Assembly: GCA_965207065.1 (NCBI GenBank) | Contig: OZ242260.1 | Location: forward strand, 1,664,001 to 1,728,000 | Length of the DNA stretch: 64,000 nt | From: a bacterium | Lineage (GTDB): Bacteria; UBA8248 | Direction of reading: 5' to 3' | Shown here: positions 59,413-64,000 of the stretch, in pieces | Layout: the number at the start of each line of letters is the position of its first letter | Numbering within the stretch: the first letter of the stretch is position 1 | The notes under the pieces: model-generated | Databases searched by the model: none | Seen by the model: the letters and a program-made list of their open reading frames with translations, nothing else | Told to the model about the DNA's origin: nothing | Translations under genes and position numbers: made by a program

Positions 59413-60171
59413 TCATGCCAGAGGGATCATATAGCGCCGCATGAGCCTGTGGATGGTCATCCGGAAGAGCTGGTCGGTGATGAGGCCGAACGTGCCCAGC
59501 ATCAAGAAGCCGACGAACATCTCGGCGGGTGCGATGATGTTCGTGCTCTGCATGATGAGGAAGCCGATTCCCTGATCGGCGGCCAGCATCTCCGCGGCCA
59601 CGACGCCCATGAAGGAAAAGCCCAGCGCGATCCGCAGCCCGGTGAGGATGTGGGGCCATGCCGACGGCAGGACGATGCGCATGAAGACGTCTTGTTTGCG
59701 CGCGCCCAGGCAAAGGGCGGCACGCACCCGGATCTGGGGGGTGGAGGCCACCCCGGCCGCGGTGTTGAACAGCACCGCGATCCCCGCGGCGTAGGAGATG
59801 ATGAAGTATTTTCCGATCTCGCCGATCCCGAAGATCGAGACGACCAGCGGAATGAGGGCCACCGGCGGGATGTTCCGGCAGAACTCCAGGGGTGGCTCGA
59901 TGAGGTCCCGGGCCAGGCGAATCGCCCCGGTCGCCACCCCGACCGTGATCCCGATGACGCAGCCCAGGGCGTAGCCTAAGACGATGCGCCCAAGGCTCGC
60001 CCCGAGGTGGGCGAACAGCTCGGTGTTCCAGATCATCTCGGCGAGTTTCCCGGCCACCGAGACGGGCGAGGGAACGATCGCAGCCTCGAAGAAGGTCCCG
60101 CTCGTCATCCACCAGACCCCGACGAACACCAGGACCGAAACCGACAGCCTCGCCAGCTTTCCCGCATTCAT
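59413..60171 (-). CDS. NitT/TauT-type ABC permease
   Basis: 3' part of track ORF 59413-60906, starting MNAGK; RNIPPVALIP, VVAAEM. Confidence 0.9.
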   Translation of the reverse strand: MNAGKLARLSVSVLVFVGVWWMTSGTFFEAAIVPSPVSVAGKLAEMIWNTELFAHLGASLGRIVLGYALGCVIGITVGVATGAIRLARDLIEPPLEFCRNIPPVALIPLVVSIFGIGEIGKYFIISYAAGIAVLFNTAAGVASTPQIRVRAALCLGARKQDVFMRIVLPSAWPHILTGLRIALGFSFMGVVAAEMLAADQGIGFLIMQSTNIIAPAEMFVGFLMLGTFGLITDQLFRMTIHRLMRRYMIPLA

Positions 60172-60194
60172 TCGTCCCGACCTCCCTTTCCGCC

Positions 60195-60962
60195 TCAGTC
60201 GAACGCTGCCGTCTGCAGCATGTAGCGACGCATGAGCCTTCCGATGGTGAACTGGAAGGCGCGATCCGTCACGAGCCCGATCAGGCCCAGCAGGAACAGA
60301 CCCGAGAACATCTGCTCGGGAAGCAGCATGTTCCGGCTTTGCATGATGAGGTAGCCCACGCCGGTCTCGGCCGCGATCATCTCCGCGGCCACCACGCCCA
60401 TGAACGCGAAGCCGAGCGCGACCCGCAGCCCGGTGAGGATGAACGGCCAGGCCGAGGGCAGCACCACGCGCGCGAAGATGTCCCAACGCCCCGCTCCCAG
60501 GCACATGGCCGCGCGGACGCGAATCTGGGGGGTGGACGCCACTCCTGCTGCGGTGTTGAAGACGACCGGAATGATGGTCGAATAGATGATGACGAAATAC
60601 TTGCTGGGCTCCTCCAGGCCAAAGGCGTTCACCGCCAGCGGAATGATGGCGACCGGCGTAATGTTGCGCACGAACTGAAGGGGGGGCTCGAGCATGTCCT
60701 CGGCAATCCGGATCCGCGCAACGGCGACACCCGTGAGAATCCCCAGGACGGAACCGAACGCATAACCGACGATCACGCGCCGGAGGCTGGCCCAGGCGTG
60801 AAAGAGTATCTCGCCGTCCGCCGTCATCTCCCAGAGGTTCACGGCGACCTTGTGCGGCGGGGGCACCAGGATCGGGTTGAAGATGGTGCCGCTGCTCAGC
60901 CACCACAGGGCGAGCGCCCCGACGACCGACAGCGCTCTCAGAAAAAACTTCCGGGGGTTCAC
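60195..60962 (-). CDS. NitT/TauT-type ABC permease
   Basis: RNITPVAIIP, VVAAEM. Confidence 0.92.
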   Translation of the reverse strand: MNPRKFFLRALSVVGALALWWLSSGTIFNPILVPPPHKVAVNLWEMTADGEILFHAWASLRRVIVGYAFGSVLGILTGVAVARIRIAEDMLEPPLQFVRNITPVAIIPLAVNAFGLEEPSKYFVIIYSTIIPVVFNTAAGVASTPQIRVRAAMCLGAGRWDIFARVVLPSAWPFILTGLRVALGFAFMGVVAAEMIAAETGVGYLIMQSRNMLLPEQMFSGLFLLGLIGLVTDRAFQFTIGRLMRRYMLQTAAFD

Positions 60963-61744
60963 CGGGCGCGCATCCTCTGCACTTCTTCGTCGATGAGCGA
61001 CTCGACCCGGCTGTACATGGCGGCGAAATCGGGATTAGACGGTGAGCGGGGCTCTTTCAGGTCGAGCTGAAAGACCTCCTTGATCCCCGCCTCCGGACCG
61101 GCCGTCATCACCGCCAGGTGGGTGCTCAGGAGAAGCGCCTCGAAGATGTCGTGGGTGATGTAGAAAATGGTCTTGCCCGTCTCGTCCCAGATTTTGCGGA
61201 ATTCAATCTGAAGGTGTTTCTTCGTGATCGCGTCCAGCGCCGCGAAAGGCTCGTCCATGAGGAGGATGTCCGGGTCGTTCGCGAGCGCGCGGGCAATCTG
61301 GATGCGCTGCTTCATCCCGCCCGAAAGCTCGAAGGGAAACTTCCCGCTATCGGCGTCGAGGCCCACGAGGCGGAGATACTTGTCGGCCCGCTCATTGCGC
61401 ACCTGGGCGCCGAGGCGGGCCATCTTCGGACCGAACTCCACGTTTTCGCGCGCGTTCATCCAGGGGAAGAGGGCGTTGCTGACGTCCTGGAAGATGACCG
61501 TCCTGTCCGTTCCGGGTGCGGTGACGGGGTTATCGTCGAGGGAAACGCTTCCGGTGGTAGCTTCCTCAAAGCCGGCGACAATGTTGAGGAGGGTGGATTT
61601 GCCGCACCCGCTCGGTCCGAGGAGGGTGAAGAAAGACCCCCGCTCCACTGTCAGGGTGACGTCCCGCAACACCTGCGCGACGCCCCCGTCGGCGCGGGTA
61701 AAATCCTTCCCCACGCCCTCCAGGCGTAAGACCCGCCAGCTCAC
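60959..61744 (-). CDS. NitT/TauT-type ABC ATPase
   Basis: GPSGCGKST, LSGGMKQR. Confidence 0.93.
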   Translation of the reverse strand: MSWRVLRLEGVGKDFTRADGGVAQVLRDVTLTVERGSFFTLLGPSGCGKSTLLNIVAGFEEATTGSVSLDDNPVTAPGTDRTVIFQDVSNALFPWMNARENVEFGPKMARLGAQVRNERADKYLRLVGLDADSGKFPFELSGGMKQRIQIARALANDPDILLMDEPFAALDAITKKHLQIEFRKIWDETGKTIFYITHDIFEALLLSTHLAVMTAGPEAGIKEVFQLDLKEPRSPSNPDFAAMYSRVESLIDEEVQRMRAR

Positions 61745-61817
61745 TCCGCCTCCTCGTCCCCGCCCCCGGGCCGCTTGGCCGGCCGGAGGCGGGGAAAACC
61801 GCGTTATCTAACGGCGC

Positions 61818-62807
61818 CTACTTGATGAGCTTGGGGCTCACCGACTTCAGGCCCCGCGTGTCAAAGAGCGTGCTCCAGTTCACCTTGGCCTTGGACTTGC
61901 CCTTCGAGATCATGAAGTTGTTGAGACCGTCCATGTCCTTTCGAAACTGCGGCGTATAGGCTACGTCCATGTTCATGACCCGGATCATCCGCCTGGCCTT
62001 GTCCGCAGGGACTTTGAACTCCTTGCCCACGATCTTCGCCGCTTCGTCGACGTTCTTCGCGGAGAATTCGGCGCCCTGGATCGTCCCCTTGATCAGAGCC
62101 GTCACGGCGTCGAAGTCGTTCTCGATGAGGTCCTTGCGAGCGGACGTGACCATGTACTCGGTGAAGAAGCCCTTGCCCGTACTCAGGATGTGCACCTTGT
62201 CCGCTCCCGACACCTCGACCGACCGCCAGCCGAAGGGCTGCCAGATCGTAAAGCCGTCCAGGTCGCCCCGGTCGAGGGCGACGACCATCTCGGCCGGCTT
62301 GACGTTCTTGTACTTCACGTCGGAGAGCTTGACGCCATTGGCGTCGAGATACTTGGCCGCGAAGAACTCAGACGTCGTCCCCAGCCATACGCCCATCGTC
62401 TTGCCGATGAAATCCTTGGCGCCCTTGATCCCTTTCTTGGCGACCACCACCGAAAGCTCGGTGTAGTGCGCGGAGGGATGGAGCCCGACGATCTTGCCCT
62501 TGGTCTGGAGCCAGGTGCGTACGGCGGGCCAGTCCCCCGTGTTCACGAAGTCACCCCGCCCCGCGATGAACGACTGCGCGGCGACGCCGCCCGAGGTGAA
62601 TTTCTTGAGTTTCACGTTGAGACCCAGCTTCTTGTAGAACCCCTTGTGGACCGCAGTCACCATCGGCGCGAACTGGGGCGTGGAGCCGATGAGGTATGTG
62701 TACTGCGACTTCTTGGGAGCCGCCCACGAGGGAACGGCCACAGCCAAGGCGAATGCCGCCAGTAAAATCACCACAAACAAGCGTTTCCTGCTTTCCGTGT
62801 GACGCAT
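61818..62807 (-). CDS. SsuA/TauA-type ABC substrate-binding protein
   Basis: Signal peptide, KGFYKKLGL, FTSG, IWQP. Confidence 0.9.
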   Translation of the reverse strand: MRHTESRKRLFVVILLAAFALAVAVPSWAAPKKSQYTYLIGSTPQFAPMVTAVHKGFYKKLGLNVKLKKFTSGGVAAQSFIAGRGDFVNTGDWPAVRTWLQTKGKIVGLHPSAHYTELSVVVAKKGIKGAKDFIGKTMGVWLGTTSEFFAAKYLDANGVKLSDVKYKNVKPAEMVVALDRGDLDGFTIWQPFGWRSVEVSGADKVHILSTGKGFFTEYMVTSARKDLIENDFDAVTALIKGTIQGAEFSAKNVDEAAKIVGKEFKVPADKARRMIRVMNMDVAYTPQFRKDMDGLNNFMISKGKSKAKVNWSTLFDTRGLKSVSPKLIK

Positions 62808-62985
62808 TGCTCACCCTCCCTGTTGTGATAGCCTCGAAAAACGCACATCGCCCGGAACTTCCCCGGACGTTCGCGTGAAATCCAGTTTCCAGTCCTCCGG
62901 GCCGGACGCCGCGAGAAGTCCAACTGAATACCCCGGGGGAAAACCGTATCCCCTTCTACGCATTCGCCTTCCACCTCCCGCGGGG

Positions 62986-64000
62986 CTAGAGCGTGACCGT
63001 GCTATGTCGCTGCTGGTCTATCTTCCGCTGGATGTGGGGGAGGATTTCCTCCCTCGGCTTGCCGCAAACGTCAAGCAGCAAGCTCGCATAGACCTTCGTG
63101 GTCTGGTAGAGGTCCTCCAGGCTCACGTGCTCGCCGATGTTCGGGTCCCACCCCGGCACCCCTGAGCGGGTCCTGCCGGATGGTCCGTAATTGAGCGCGG
63201 GAATGCCGTAGCGCGTGATGTGTGAGGCGTCCGAAATCCAGCCCTCGGTCACCGTTTCCGGATCCTGGCCGTGCACCGACTTGTGGGCGCGCTTGATGGC
63301 GCCGTATATGTATTCGTCATCTTCGATCTCCGCGCCCGGGTTGGACATGTACATCTCGAGGTCCACCTTGAGGTCGGGGTCTCCGGCTACGATCTCTTCG
63401 ATGATGTCCTGAATCTCGCGCTTGATCTCCAGGGGGTGCTGCCTGGGCAAGAGGCGCGTATCCAGATAGAGGTTGCAGAAAACGGGAGTGCGGCTGCACC
63501 TCCAGGGCCAGCCGCCCTCGATGGCCGCAATGTTCACGTTGGCGTTCGAATTGCCGTAAGGGTGCGCTTCACGGTACTTGGGCGCCCAGCGCTCCAGGGC
63601 GTCGAGGATTTTCTTCATCTTCAAAATGGCGTTGACCGCGTTGTGCGCGTAGGTCGTGTGGGCCGGCGTCCCGTAGACGGTGATCTTGTGATAGACGTAG
63701 CCCATATGGCCGAGAACCACCCGCATCTCCGAGGGCTCGCCGATGACCGCCATATCGGCGCTGCCGCCGTGGGTGGCCAGATAGCAGGCGCCGCAGCCGC
63801 CGCCCCGGTAGTGCTTGCCCTGGTACTGGTCGATCGCGCCCATCTCAATCTCGCCGCCCACCGCCCCGACGGTGACGTTTCCCTTGAGTTTCACACCCGC
63901 GCTCTGGATGGCGTTCAAGGCCTCGACGTAGCAGGCGATCGCGCCCTTCATGTTGTAGATGCCCAGGCCGTATATCCATTCCTCGCCCGTAGCGGGGTCG
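62986..64000 (-). CDS. M20 family metallohydrolase (ArgE/DapE-like), 5'-partial
   Basis: YGLGIYNMKG, GGEIE, IGEPS, YGP..EHVS. The frame is open to the window edge. Confidence 0.88.
   Translation of the reverse strand, partial: DPATGEEWIYGLGIYNMKGAIACYVEALNAIQSAGVKLKGNVTVGAVGGEIEMGAIDQYQGKHYRGGGCGACYLATHGGSADMAVIGEPSEMRVVLGHMGYVYHKITVYGTPAHTTYAHNAVNAILKMKKILDALERWAPKYREAHPYGNSNANVNIAAIEGGWPWRCSRTPVFCNLYLDTRLLPRQHPLEIKREIQDIIEEIVAGDPDLKVDLEMYMSNPGAEIEDDEYIYGAIKRAHKSVHGQDPETVTEGWISDASHITRYGIPALNYGPSGRTRSGVPGWDPNIGEHVSLEDLYQTTKVYASLLLDVCGKPREEILPHIQRKIDQQRHSTVTL

Overview
GC-rich bacterial chromosomal window with no CRISPR array, prophage or intact transposase. Transporters dominate: TTT, Liv-type ABC, TAXI-TRAP, AapJQMP, three NitT/TauT-type ABC cassettes, MFS and two SulP. 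It also holds catabolic enzymes of unknown substrate, a few core genes (citrate synthase, mlaA, lhgO, tRNA-Pro), two toxin-antitoxin pairs and a partial Fic gene. The main result is two genes that the ORF track splits at an in-frame TGA. Each TGA lies at a catalytic position and is followed by a SECIS-like hairpin, so both are probably selenoproteins. The first is an AhpD/CMD-like CxxU protein (9144-9830) in a cupin/barrel operon. The second is a UGSC-family protein with a U-G-S-S variant motif (31737-32342), in an operon with a CoA-transferase, an enoyl-CoA hydratase and an uncharacterised partner; this may be an undescribed Sec-dependent CoA-linked pathway. Other observations: a 108-bp relic of the aapP 3' end bracketing an ABC cassette, nested palindromic MITE/REP-like elements, a GNAT relic, a degenerate PlsY and Met/Lys-rich binding-protein tails. 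All assignments come from motif recognition by eye; no database searches were run.
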